Below, piece by piece: positions 1 through 13,304 of a stretch of DNA of 64,000 bases. The position numbers and the translations under genes were made by a program. Source of the DNA: Trichoplax sp. H2 (lineage: Eukaryota); assembly GCA_003344405.1 (NCBI GenBank), contig NOWV01000012.1, forward strand, positions 1 to 64,000, written 5' to 3'. The first letter of the stretch is position 1. Each line of letters begins with the position of its first letter. The notes beneath the pieces were generated by a model. That model saw only the letters and a program-made list of their open reading frames with translations. It was not told the origin of the DNA and searched no databases.

Positions 1-395
1 GAAAAAATTGCGAAATTATAAAATTAAAAATAAAAATAATTTGGATAAGTTGAGGATGGAACTTGTAGAGTACTGTAAGTAAAAGGGCGAATCTTGATAC
101 TGTAGCAAGATGTGAGGACAGCATGAACGGATGAGGATCTTGGTACAGAATATATGTGTAAAGTATACATTAACACATACAACTTAACTTAGTATTTCAT
201 GTTTAGAAATGAATTTTATTATTTTTTACTTTTATTCCTCGGGTAACCCTTACGTAATTAAATCCTGAGTATGAAACATTAATTACAAAAATAAGAGGAA
301 ATTCACTTGAAATTTTCAATCCTTAAAGTCAAATTATAATTGAAAGATTATACAATACTACAGTCCATAAATGTCTTCGCCATTTCAACACTACC

Positions 396-648
396 GTACA
401 GTACAGTACAGTACGGTATTTCCCTCTAGGAATCCTTGACTACTGTACAGTACTGTACACTGTACAGTACAGTACAGTAGTGTACAGTACAGTGTACAGT
501 ACAGTACAGTGTACAGGTACAGTACAGTACATTACAGTATTTTACACTGTAACGCTAAACCTACAGTACAGTACTGTACACTAGTGTACAGTATAGTACA
601 ATACAGTACAGTACAGTACTACTGTATACTGTACACTTGTACAGTACA
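396..648. repeat. Degenerate TACAG/CTGTA pentamer tract with ACTGTACAGT-type palindromes, upstream of NME5
   Basis: Directly visible runs such as gtacagtacagtacagtac, tactgtacagtactgtacactgtacagtacagtacagtag. Confidence 0.9.
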
Positions 649-680
649 TCAAGTTATCAACTATCAACATATCGAAACGG

Positions 681-694
681 GTTGCTAAGGCAAC
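681..694. promoter_or_regulatory. RFX X-box candidate GTTGCTAAGGCAAC at the NME5 5' end
   Basis: Matches the X-box consensus (GTTGCCATGGCAAC type). It lies just before a likely non-coding exon (donor AAG/gtaatt near 757) of a motile-cilia gene. Confidence 0.75.
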
Positions 695-1124
695 GCCAAA
701 GTTTATCGACAAATTGATATCAAGACGATTCTACGCTGATCGCATAGGCTACTAAGGTAATTGTCACAAATATCTCAGTTACGTCCTACTGTACAGATAA
801 TCTAATAGACATCCTAGTCATTTATACATACACAGTCGCGGATCATATGTATTGATACTTTGCACTATTGACTATCCCGCATTCGCACTGATCACTTTGT
901 GGAGTCGTCGTTTTACCTTACATCGGAGCACAACAACTGGCTGAAGATAGATAAATTCGTTAGGACTAATCATATCGCTTTAAAATCATCTGTGTTCATA
1001 TCTAAAATATACTTAGTTGTAACTCAGAGTTATCATTGAAACAATTTCGTGAAATTTTTAAGTTCCGACACCATAGGTACTATAGTAAATTTTCTTATCC
1101 GCTAAGGAGTTTTGCTAATCGATA

Positions 1125-1923
1125 ATGACTAGTGACAGTTATCAGTGTACCCTCGCTATTATTAAGCCCAATGCAGTTAGGAAAGAAGATGAGATAGTAG
1201 AATTATTGGAAAAGCAAGGATTTTGTGTACTTCAAAGACGCTGTGTCCGACTCACTTCAGAACAGGCCAGTGAATTCTATACAGAGCACTATGGGAAAAT
1301 GTTCTTTCCAGCATTGGTTACATTTATGAGTAGCGGGCCAATTGTAGCTTATATCTTGGCTAAGAATAATGCAATTGAGGATTGGAGAAATTCCATGGGA
1401 CCTACAAACTCGATGAATGCTCGAATTGCAGCTCCTGAAAGTCTACGTGCAAAGTATGGGATTGATGAGATGAGAAACGGCTTCCATGGTAGTGATGGTC
1501 CATTAACTGCTGAGAGAGAAATTCGATTTTTCTTCCCAGATTGTAAGTAGCTCTTACTAACTTTAAGATACTGTAGCTTCATTAGTATTACTTGAAGAAG
1601 TTTTCTTGATTGCTTATAAAATAGCAGAAAAAAGCTATGTTAAAAAGTGCGTATAGACATTATTTTACTAGGTATATATACTAAGGCATTTATCGCTAAA
1701 CTTTACTAATCGTATGTCTCCTATGTGAAAATCATTAGTCATATCCCATCCGGTACCAGATGGTCAAACAGCTACAGACTACTTACAAAGGAGAATCAAT
1801 CCAACTCTCTTGAAAGGACTAACAGAATTATGTAAGAAAAAGCCAGATGATGCAATTTTATGGCTTGCTAACTGGTTAATCGAAAATAACCCTAATAAGC
1901 CGAAAATAGAGGAGCCTTACTAG
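1125..1923 (+). CDS. NME5: Nucleoside diphosphate kinase homolog 5 (NDK + Dpy-30 domain), about 200 aa; exons 1125-1542, 1739-1923
   Basis: NDK motifs TLAIIKP, YGKMFFP, MSSGP, RNGFHGSD, EREIRFFFP. Spliced exon 2 reads INPTLLKGLTELCKKKPDDAILWLANWLIENNPNKPKIEEPY* (Dpy-30 motif, NME5-type C-terminus). GT-AG intron keeps frame. Confidence 0.95.
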
Positions 1924-3832
1924 CTAGCAATTATTACAATTAAGTAGATAAAGTTACCAATAGTCATCGCTTTTAATTCACAGTAATAACATGAATACGT
2001 TCATAGCGGTTTAAACTTGTAATCTGACTGAATATTAATCAGAAGTATAATAGAATGCTTCATCTCAGATCTGCAAACCTAACATGAAAAAATTTATTAC
2101 AGTATAATATGTTCCTGAAACTGACACTCGATGAAAGATTTTCTTTCAAATAAACATTAATCATTTCTGTACTGATTAGATAAACTGCATATGTATAGTT
2201 CATCTATACCTGATTATTTGTATTCATTAATTATTTCATTTTCACTGTAATTTAAAAATGGTACATTGTTCATCCTTCTCATAATATTGGTATGTAATAT
2301 TTAAGATGTCTATAACTCTATTCGATAACGCTAAAGTGAAGATAATTTATCGTAATTATGTGATCTGGTGGCGAAATTATCGTAGCTTCACTCCAATAAA
2401 GTGTATTTTGCATAATTACCGTATAGTTAAATATGCATTTTTATGGATAATTTCATATAATTGTTATTCTTTGCTTATATGTGATATTTATATCGCAAAA
2501 TAGTAAATTTCAAGAGTTATTTACAATGAATGGCTGTAAGAATAACATTATAGTTGTCTAGCATACTACTACAAGCAGAAATATAGTCCAGTAATAGCTA
2601 TATCACATACAATGCCTACTGTACTACTAATCGATAATAATCGCTGATCAATAATAATAATAATAAGTGATCCAGTTACATGCTATAGAACATAAAGGTA
2701 TATTCTCATTAATAACCTAGATTTATCAAGCCATTTAACATAGCTGTAAGTAATTAAATTTTAATAGGTGTTATTAACATTGATAATTCTGTCACTTTCG
2801 AGTTCATAGCATAAATTATGTAGCACTTAAATTGCCAGCCTAAGCATCAGAGAAGGACTTTAATGCTTTCATTAAAGATTAACAAGTTACGTTACTGTAA
2901 TTGTAACTATATGCCCGGTAATTGGACTGGCAACTTCTAAGAAATCAATCGGAAAAAGTACCAGGTATGTCCAGCTACGTAGGAATATCCATAAAATCAT
3001 CACAGTAAATTTATTGAAGTTATGCGCGCATCATTATACAAGCACATGCATTAAAAAGCTTCATAGATTAATAAATTGTAAGCATTAATCGTGATGTCTA
3101 GTTGGCTTAACTGATTATTGCACGAAGTGGTCCAAATTTATATTATAACGAAATAAAAGTCTAAGCACTAAGATAAATTGATTTAGTAATTCAAAGAGTC
3201 TTCATAGTTTTAGTTTTAATTCTGTTTGTATAGCCATAGATATATAGATATTTTCTGTTAAAAGTACAGACTAATATGCTGTTTCTTATGCAACATTATG
3301 TCGTTAATCACCTAACAACCAATAATATTAATATTCATCTCTATAAAAATAGATAATATCGATACAATTTGATTATTATAAACTGAAATTTCAGAGCAGA
3401 ATAATTAGTATATTCGATACCGTAGCGCTTACGAAATAAGTATTGCATTATATTCGTATGTATAAGTACCTTGTCTACGTTAGAGACCACAATTTAGTAC
3501 TACAATAACTGTCTAGAGCATAGTACTTGCGTTAGACCAATTATTTAACAATCAATTCCTATAGTTGAATAAGTCTTGTATTTACATGGCATCTAAAATA
3601 TTATATAATCTCGGTGATACAGGTAGCGTCTATATTAACTTTCAATACATTAAAACATGAACTTTACAAGAAATTACTTTAAAATACCTTATAACGTGAG
3701 CTACGGACTAAATAGTATAAGGTAATAGTGATCACATATAAATCATTTTGTAGAAGTCGTTTGTAAGAAATGCGCAAGTTTAATACATTACATATATCGC
3801 CAGGCAACATGCAAAATACAATATCAGCATTA

Positions 3833-6800
3833 CTAATTGCGTAAAAGACTGCATGGTTTTGCATATATGAGGCAAAACATTTCATCTTTAGCGACATTGA
3901 ATCGATTAATATCTTTCTTAGCCTGACAATGTTCCATCTTTTCTATCTGCGCCAATACCCATTGCGGTCCGGTATTTCCTACTCCAGCAATGAAATGTTT
4001 AAAATAACCTTGACACGTTGGGTGCATTAAATAGAACTTTTGACGTGGTGTACAGATCTCGCATGATTGAGTTATTTTATTTAAAATCACAATAATGTAA
4101 TCATTTAAGTTAAAATCACAATATGCTACGTTTTTGACGTACGACAAATTAGTCGTTGATGAGCTGCTATTAAATCTCTCATTCAGCTTCTCTTTTAAAT
4201 AGTTATTTTCAGCTGTAAGTGCATCTAGTTCTGAAAGTGCTGACGGAGACTTACTATCATCGTCTAAGTTTGGAATTTCATTTTCATTCGATTTCCGGAG
4301 TTCTTTAACCACCTCATTTAATTCTTGGCTAATAGTCATGACTTGTGATTCTACCTTATCTAAAATCGTAGCCAAAGAGGTAATATCGTCTGCATTTCCA
4401 TTGTTCATAAATGATGAGCAGGATCGTTTACATTCACTTAGTGTAACAAATGCATTGCCTATTGATCTAGAAAGACTTGTCAAAGTCATGGAATCAGCAT
4501 TTTTAGTAAATACTTTACTGTCTAACTCATGTAGTGCTTGATATGAGGAAAGCATGGTAATTTGTTCCTTGAGACTGTCACATTCCTTTTCCTTAACTAT
4601 CAATTTCTCTTGCATTTCAATAATAGCTAAAGGTTCTCTAGTAGCTTTAACAGCGGCTAATTCTTCTTTAATTTTAGCTGATTCAAGCTTTTGTTCTTTT
4701 GAATATTTTATAACCTGAACTATATTATCGATCTTATTATCTATATCGTTGCCGTCAGATGTAATTATAGAAATATCTCGTATAATATCGCTATCCAACA
4801 CGATATCATCTACGGCCTTTAATAACGTTGTCAGCTTAATAGTATCTTCGTTACTTGCATTATCAATATTGCAGACATCGTCCGGCGAACAATCGGAGCG
4901 ATCAGCAACAATTTGGGATTGCTATAAGAATTAAGAACGCAAAACAAGCAAGTATTTAAGTTTCGAGAATGCAATTGTTAGGAAAATTGCTCACAATTAA
5001 ACCTTACCTGTTCATTAAATGAAGCCAGTACAACATTTAGCTTCTCATTTGTATCTGTGATGTAGTCGTCAATATCACGTTTACTTTTCTTAACCTCGTT
5101 TAAAATATCATTAAGTTCAGATTTTACAGTTGCTAAGTAACTTTCTTTCCATTGCTTAAACATTCGATTCGCTATCACTTTACTATCATAGTCTTTGCTT
5201 TCAAGGCCATCGGGCATTCGTGGGCTTGTTATAGTATCATCAATATTTGGACTTTGATTCTTATCTTTACCATTTCTTAAGAGGGTGTGATTAATGCTAT
5301 CAGTATTACTAGAAAAAATAAAAGGTTCGGAATCATCCGGATCATCAGAAAACAACCTAGGGCTGTTATTATTAAATGCTTTATTGGTGGGTACGACGGT
5401 TTCATCCATTGCAATGAACTCAAATCTATTACTTTTTGACGTTGGAGACAACTTTCCACTACAACTAAAATTACATGGTTTGACCAGTAAATCATCGGCC
5501 ATTTTCTTTAAAGATAGCTCCGATAATGCATTACCATTTAATTCATAATATAATCTTTGTAAATCATCTCGAGATATAGATGGCAAAGTAGTATTAATAG
5601 TTTTAGGTGGTTGATGGGAATATGTAATAGGGTACTCGCTTAAACCAGGGAAGAGTCGTAACAAGAAATGCTTGCCAATCCAATCTGCAAATTGCTTTCT
5701 TCGGGTAATTTCTTCTTGTAGCTCTTTTTGAGATTTTTCATATACTTTACTAGCCCAATGCATGACGTTAACAGAAAATTCCCATCTGTGCACAGTTTCA
5801 GATAGCAACCTCAAGTATACTTCTGGAGATGATCTAATTTGCTCCAGAATGGATAGTCTATGACGCAAATGTTTTAGCGTTTGATGATGGATGACTAACT
5901 TACTATCACATTCACAAATACTCCTTTCCATTACGATTAACCAACGAAGACGACCGTGTAAATTACTGGATAATTCCGTTTTGGAACGAAAGCAACGTTG
6001 ATAAATATCATTTAATTTTTTATGATTAGCATGCATAAGTTTCAGCTGTTCCGTATGGCCTTGCCAAAGATCGGACAAGACTGAACTATCCTTTAAACTA
6101 CTAATTCTATCGTTATTTTGTGCAAAACCTTGAGCCATTTCAGTCTGATTTTGGGCTATCTCTTGCCCACTAGAAACTAGTTGAGATAAATCGTTGAATC
6201 GATTTTCGATACCTTTTACCTCTATCATATCTGCATTATTAACAGCATCCGCAACAGCACACATTTCTCCAATCAGGTCTTTATAAAAGGCATCATTTAA
6301 ATGTTTTAACGCTCTACTACAATCTTCAATCATACTGTTCAAATTACTACCAGCATCTTGAGTAATAATCCAATCAAATAAGCTCATTTCGGTACTTTCT
6401 AGTTCATTATCGCTACTCGATAACAACCTCGGAATAACGGGAACGTATTTAAGCAATGGTAGGACGTGATCAAGCCTAGAAATATTGAATAGGATAGATT
6501 ATAGTATACGGATAATAATGCTGGATAGTATAGACTAAATGTGCGAATTTTTTAAATTCAGCAATAAAATTTTACAGATAGCTTTCTTTAAAGAATAGCA
6601 CAAAAGTTGTACAAGTATACCTGTCTAACGTTGTCAAATACTTCTCTCTTTTACTAACATAGTCATTACAATTATTGCTAAAAGCGTTCAACCGCTTTCG
6701 CAGTGAATCAGCTACAGATCCTAAATTAGTGAAAACCGCCTTCCAAGCAGCATACTGCAGCTGCTGATCGCGAACCAGAATCTTTAATTCTTCTATCATC

Positions 6801-7740
6801 CTATCGTCTGTAGCATAGTATAACAATTATAAAAGTTACATTTTGCTATCAATGAATGCAATTGAGATGTCAAATTGTGAAGGAGAGGAGTTATCACTAG
6901 CAAGTGCATTACGTACACAATCGGTAGTTAAAATACACTGAAGGAAATGCAGTTACAATAGAACTAAGTGTTACAAAGAATTGCAATAACACGGTTCTAG
7001 AGTAGTGATATGCATGCAAAGTGAAAGTAAAGTCCCTTTGACCTCATGTTGACATCTGTTTATCTGTTGCTGAAAATGAAATGGTCAAGGGAGCGACAAT
7101 TAATTTCGTGCACACTCCTAAATAGGAACTACTGCAAGTTACCAGCTAGATTTACCTTCTCTACTCAATTGTAACGCTAGATCTGTCCTAACTGCAACCG
7201 TTTTGATAGAGTTAGGCAAACTTAAGGCTGACTCTATTGCTTCTGTCCAGCGAATATTAGATGCATATGGCTTGATCGATGGAGGATTTGGCATTTCCAT
7301 GATCGACTTGTTGAAAAGATAGATAGGGTTAGACTCTACCGTGCCACACCTATTGGAAAAAAGTAACCGATTCTGCAGATTAGAAGAAATGATCGCGCAT
7401 TTATTGCAAGGACATTATACCGTAATAAGCATTACTACTGCTTAATGTGATACTCTGTGGAGTTATAATGATAAAAGATGACAACTGCCACAAGTATTGT
7501 AATATCGTAAGCAAGCCTAAAAGGCACTGACGACAACCACGGATTTACTTACCCATTGTAGAAACAGATTTTATTAGCAGAATTAAGAAGTTGTCCTCCA
7601 TTGACGAGTAGCACTTGATTGGCTATGCCAACATTAATCTTTTCAAATATTTCTTCCTTTAGCTTACTGACACTTTCTAGAGCAACCTCAACATCGAAGG
7701 TGTACAACGTACCACTATTAGCATAAAATACGAAAGCCAT
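3833..7740 (-). CDS. RB1CC1: RB1-inducible coiled-coil 1 / FIP200 (ATG11/ATG17 family), about 1041 aa; exons 7740-7553, 7349-7156, 6807-6621, 6475-5008, 4921-3833
   Basis: N-terminal ubiquitin-like region (QVLLVNGG..NPIYLFNK), ATG17-like segment (ELSSNLHGRLRW, HFLLRLFPGL) and C-terminal Claw domain (WVLAQIEKMEHCQAKKDINRFNV). All four introns are GT-AG and the phases are consistent. Confidence 0.93.
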
Positions 7741-10552
7741 AACTTTGTTTTAACAGCATTAAAATTCCTAAAAATATAAAGAATATACATATGTACAGGA
7801 TCAAAACCACATGCTTATTATGATGTTAAAAAACTAATGAAAACTCCATTAGGATCTATAACCAGACCAATTTGTTTCCGAACTTTTATTTGCTATATCT
7901 TTGAACCATATTTACGATAGTATTCTAGGATTGAATAGTTTTAAACTAACAAATTATAAGATAGCTGGTGAAACAATCTTCCACAGCCCTTAAATGCATC
8001 GTTTCATATTTATACAACTATAAATTGTAAATCTTCGTCGCAATAAGTATCTACCCGGATATTAATCAGAGTTAATAAAGAAAACTATTTATAGAAATTG
8101 GCCTACGCTCAGAATTAAAGCGTACTTTATTGGGAGACATCGAAATGGAATACTTTATTTAAGAACAGCAGCATGGCAGAAGATCCAGTGAGTCCTTGAA
8201 TGAATTGATAGATCATGGCAAAAGATATCTCAAATTGGACCTACTATATTTACAAGCGAGTTATAAATAAGAAAAACTCTTAGGAGTCTATGAGAATAGA
8301 CAGGCATTGTAAGAGTTTAATACTCGACTTCACATATGCATGAAAATACGAGTGTATTTGTATGCCTAGCACAAACTATTTCTGAAGCGGTCAATTTAGA
8401 GAATCTCAACCATCAAGTCTCCCACTAGTATTTATGTCCTGTCTATGGCTGTAATCCGATAACAAAATGATCTTCCGAAAAATATAAAAATGTCGCTAAG
8501 ATTTGCAATGCAAGCAAAGAGTTGTTCAAATAGTGCTAGCCTTAAAGTGAACCCAATGTTGACATCTTCAGTGGATAAAAGTATATGGACTATAGAGTTC
8601 AATTACGACGACATTCTACCAATAAAGCGACGAGCAACGTTATATGATGAGTTATCCTGTATGACTTTCTAATTAAGGGTATCTTCTATCCTTGCTAATC
8701 CTGCTATCGAAGTCACCACGAAAAGGTTTCATACTAATATCATCAATCCTACGTAGATATTTACTACCGAGTGTTACACAGTAATAGGATAGGATATTAC
8801 TCGGCTTACAAATACGATTACTTTAGACATTACGTAAGATTTTCCATCATCTGTCATAGAAGTATTTTGCTACATAATCAATCTTGATACAGACCAGTCA
8901 CTGAATTGGTCACGAACAGTGTAAGCGTAGTCGCGTACGCTAGATTGAGTAACATGTTGAGGATTGGATGTGATAGAATTTCGCAAGGGTATCACGTAAT
9001 ATTACTACTGTACTTCGTAATCATTGCCATTATAATGTAGTTCGCAGTATCATAACAATTTCAATCTTTATTATGGTGCTAAGAGATAAAATAATTCTAA
9101 TCAATAAGGTAAGCATAATTTAACGTGCGGATGTCCATTGTACTGTATAGATTCAGACATATTTCTGTCGGTAACAGCTTGACCGTATTTCTAGTTCAGA
9201 GGATATTCCTTCAAATCAGTATCAATTAGGTATCAGAAAATTGCTTCTATCACTGTTCAATCTATAATAGAAAATGTATAGCTCTATGCAAGCTTCCATT
9301 TTGGAATATTTCGCGGTATGCAGCCGGAAGTAATTGTACCTAACGTAAGGTTGTCTGAAATCGATTATAATATCATATCGAAGAGCATTTTTAAACTTTC
9401 TTAGCATATCGTTACTAGAAACGCAATCATACCTTACTATATTTAAAGTATGAGATTATCTATTCATTGTATCGATAGTACAGTATGTTAAAAAATTTCC
9501 TTTATAATATATTTGTGTATTATCCCATTCTAGTCTGTCGAAATTTGCAACCGAACAACACCAGTCCTCTTGGCAGAATGTCAAGTACAGATACGCCTAC
9601 ACTGATTGTATCACATCGTTACTGCAAAGTATTATTTTTAAATCACAACTGGCCTGACGTTAAGACTTCTTCTCAAAGTACAGAATATTTTTTACTCTAT
9701 CAACACATCAATCTTAGTAATCTTACCACTTTATTGAATCCAAGAAATGATTAATTCCGTGCACAACGACGTAAACTGCGCTAGTCAATCACTTCATTCC
9801 GAGTTGGAAGCGTTGAAAAATGTCCTCTTCCAGTGCTGTACTGTAGTGTGCTACCGCTCGTGTTCACTACCAGCGGCACCGAGAAGCCACTGATACAGTG
9901 GAAAGTAAGGATGGTACTGCGCAGAATCGGTGAATGTACATATGAAGTTATAACCGAGTGTTTAGTCCTATACAGTAGTTGCCTCTATGGTCAAACACAA
10001 GAGATTGTACCACGAAGAATGGTGGCGTATGGGGATTGCTGTGAGCTGATAATCTTTACTCTATACGATTACAACAAAAATGTGAGGAAAATCATTGGAA
10101 AATATCCTGATATTACACTCAGAAATCTCAAATGACTTTCCACACACCCTGTACACAGTGTACAGTCATCACTACAGTGGCCGAGGATATCACTATCTGG
10201 TGTTCGGTCTTATAGTAGCTACTATGGTCAAATACAAGATTCTTTTATGACTCCAAATCTCGCTATACTGTACATTGTGTACAGTACATTTGAGTGTACA
10301 ACGTAATAACATATCACGGTGTACACGGTTTGCAGTAGAACTTGAATTATGGAGAAATTAGATATCGTACGTGAATTCTGCCAATGGATTCTTATAATTT
10401 AACTCTTCCTCTATCGACTGATATGTATTTTATTGAAAATCGACAAAAATTTCAATTTTTTATTTTTAAAATTTATCGGGAATCAGTTCTGGGACAACTT
10501 GTACAGTATTTTGCATTTTGCTGTACAGTGTACAGTACTGCACAGCTTACAC

Positions 10553-10755
10553 TAGTGGCCACTGGACACTGGACAGTGGACAATGGATACCCACACAAGG
10601 TAAAAACTAAAAACTACTATGATGGACTTTGCCTAGTTCGCCGTTACAGTGTACAGTGTACAGTACACCAGTGGTCACTTGGACAGTGGATAATGGACAC
10701 CACACAAGGTAAAAAACTATGGTGGACTTTGCCTAGTTCGCCGTTACTGTGCAGT
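10553..10755 (+). repeat. Two-copy imperfect direct repeat (about 90-105 bp unit)
   Basis: ggacagtgga.aatgga.ac..cacacaaggtaaaaa...tggactttgcctagttcgccgttac occurs at about 10553-10657 and 10668-10755. Confidence 0.9.
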
Positions 10756-10920
10756 ACTTACTGTTAATGGTGAATGCTTGATTCTATCCATTCGACATGT
10801 AGCCATTTCTAAATTTGTATAATTAACGAGCAGAAAGTCCCCCTTGGTGATACTTTGCGTCAATGGATTGTGTTAATACTAAAGGAATAAATTTCCAATT
10901 ACTTTCCTTTTCTCTGTCAG

Positions 10921-11215
10921 TTGTGCACTGCACATTTACAGTACAGTACAGTACTGTACTGTACAGCCTACAGTGAAACTCTACAGTACTGTACTGTACA
11001 CTGTACTGTACAGTAGTGTAGCAAGAGAAGAGAACTACTGCGCCGTGTACTGTACAGTACAAAATTGAATTCGTCTCGCAATTTCATACACTTGTAGTCT
11101 ACTGTTGGTGCCGTACTCTACAGTACACTCTACTGTACTGTACTGTACCGTCAATTCCATCGATAGGGTACAGTACAATATACTGTAAGTCGCACTGTAC
11201 AATGTACTGTACGTC
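10921..11215. repeat. TACAG/CTGTA pentamer tract in the RB1CC1-nocturnin divergent promoter
   Basis: acagtacagtacagtactgtactgtacag, ctacagtactgtactgtacactgtactgtacagtag and similar runs; scattered copies begin at about 9830. Confidence 0.9.
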
Positions 11216-13304
11216 GCACTTTACCGGTGTTTACTTTTTTCCAATCGCTGGTACCGGTACCGATGCTCGCTACCAGAAAGAGGCTAGTTTTCCCTTTCAC
11301 ATTTTGGGTACCTTTGGTAATGTCTCCGCAATGCATACTGCAGGGATGGATGCCGCATCATCTCCAGTTTTAGAGGACACATTGCATACTTTAAAAAATT
11401 CGCCTTCCGTTATTAATAGACAATTTGTACGATGTGATCAAAACGATATCCTACAAGAAGTGCCCAGTCATCAGGCCCGTCATGACGAATGCTTCCGAGT
11501 GATGCAGTGGAATGTGCTAGCGGATGGTAAGACTGTCCTGTACAGTATTATGCAGGACCGATTAGGCGCAGTCAATTTCTCTATCAATAAAATCTCATCA
11601 TGCCTTAGTAATTCAGTGAACTGTACGCTTAGCAGTCACCTAGCATTTGAAAGAGAGAAATGTATAAAACTGCAATCTAAAATTTTGATAGACATGAGTA
11701 CATAGAACATTACTTTATCAAACACAAGCTTGAACCTAAAACTCCACTAGTTTCGTAAAATTGGATTTCCATTACCTTAGCCGATGTGCTAATATAACTT
11801 TCTTTATGCGACAGGATCAAGTGGAAATTTTTATTGACAGATATCGTACAGTAATTTGAACTTACGTTGCCAGTCATAGTGAATAGTCTACTAATCAACT
11901 TTCTTTTGCTTAGCCAAAGCGGGTAATGACTAGATTTTTTAAATTATAAAACCTAACTATATGCTCGCTCTGCCCCATAAGAATAAGAATAAACTTATCA
12001 AATCCAAAATGAGCATATAGACTATCCAGTTCATAACTTGGAGCAGAACAAATGACTTACAGTACAGTACAGTGGATCATATTTTTTACAGTGAGCAACA
12101 ACAAATATCTTTGCACTCTACCAGCTGGCTATACCAATACATTCTCGGTAGCATTTCATTTTACTACATGAAATTAAAATTTGAATTATTCTACAGAATT
12201 GAGTTGCTCAGTACACGATCAGATGACGTAATCATAATGAACTGTAATAACGAACATGGATGGCAAAAGAGTAATAACGCAACTTTCTATATAATTGCGA
12301 ACAAGCTCTTGCGAGTATTCTGTTGCATTGCGGCAAGGCAATTGCATATTGCACTCTACAGTAAAATAGGAGAATAGTGTACGCGTTTTAAAAATTACGA
12401 GTTCCATGTCATAATCGACAGCCATTTCTGTAAACCTGCAGAAGTTTAGAGACTAACTCTATAACGCTTTTTAATTACAGCATTAAGTAAATCAGGACCC
12501 AATGAAAACTTTATTAAGTGTCCACAGACTGCCTTAGCTTGGTCCTCAAGAAAGCATGGTCTGATGCAAGAAATTTTAAGGAGTAAAGCCGATATTATCT
12601 GTCTAGAAGAAGTTGACCATTATTCAGATTTTTTTCAACCTACCCTAGCATCTCTGGATTACATTGGTTTTTTCGTACCTAAACCTGATTCACCCTGTCT
12701 TTTATACGATGAAAATAACGGTCCAGATGGATGTGCATTATTCTTCTCAGCCAAAAAGTTCTCCTTAATTTTACACGACCAGTTCATCCTTCGGAAGAAT
12801 GATGGAGATACCAATCAAGTCGCAATCGTTATATTATTAGAGACTACCTTTTTACCTGAGTCAAAGAAAATTTGTATCGTCTGCACTCACTTAAAATCTC
12901 ATTCTAGCGAATGGTGTGAAAACATACGTAAGGAACAAAGTGCATTTTTGCTGAATAAAGTTGGTCAGCTAATTAACTTCGAATATATTCCTATTATCAT
13001 ATGTGGGGATTTTAATACCGATCCAAATACTCCAACTTATACAAACTTTGCAAACTTTCAACCATGTCATCTTAAAAGTGCTTATGCATTAAACGGTGAA
13101 GAACCTAAATTTACTACTTGGAAATTTCGCCCTAAATGTCAAGTGTGTCATACGATCGATTATATTTGGTTTTCTGATAAATTTTTAAAGCGCGTTCAAT
13201 TCCTTGCCATACCAACAATGTCGGAAATTGGCCCAAACGCTTTGCCAGCTGAGCATTACCCATCAGATCACATGTCACTGGTTGCTGAATTTAAGTATAA
13301 TTAA
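11202..13304 (+). CDS. NOCT: Nocturnin (EEP-family NADP(H) phosphatase); exons 11202(or 11331/11346)-11526, 12481-13304
   Basis: FRVMQWNVLAD|ALSKSGPNENFIKCP..W..RK..MQEIL, ICLEEVDHY, FVPKPDSPCL..ENNGPDGCALF, THLK, CGDFN, FTTWKFR, TIDYIW, YPSDHMSLV. The start codon is uncertain. Confidence 0.93.

Noticed and set aside
340-383. Possible first exon of a minus-strand gene (ATG at 383, MAKTFMD)
   Set aside because: Too short and no downstream exon can be verified in the window; plausible but unsupported.
8040-9760. Short ORFs upstream of the RB1CC1 ATG
   Set aside because: No recognisable motifs; most likely 5' UTR intron sequence.
10553-10755. Repeat pair superficially like a CRISPR array
   Set aside because: Only two long imperfect copies, eukaryotic context, no cas genes.
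10823-11336. Minus-strand ORFs rich in YSTV/YCTV (also 10384-10767 and 37517-37705)
   Set aside because: Translation artefacts of the TACAG/CTGTA repeat; no domain similarity.
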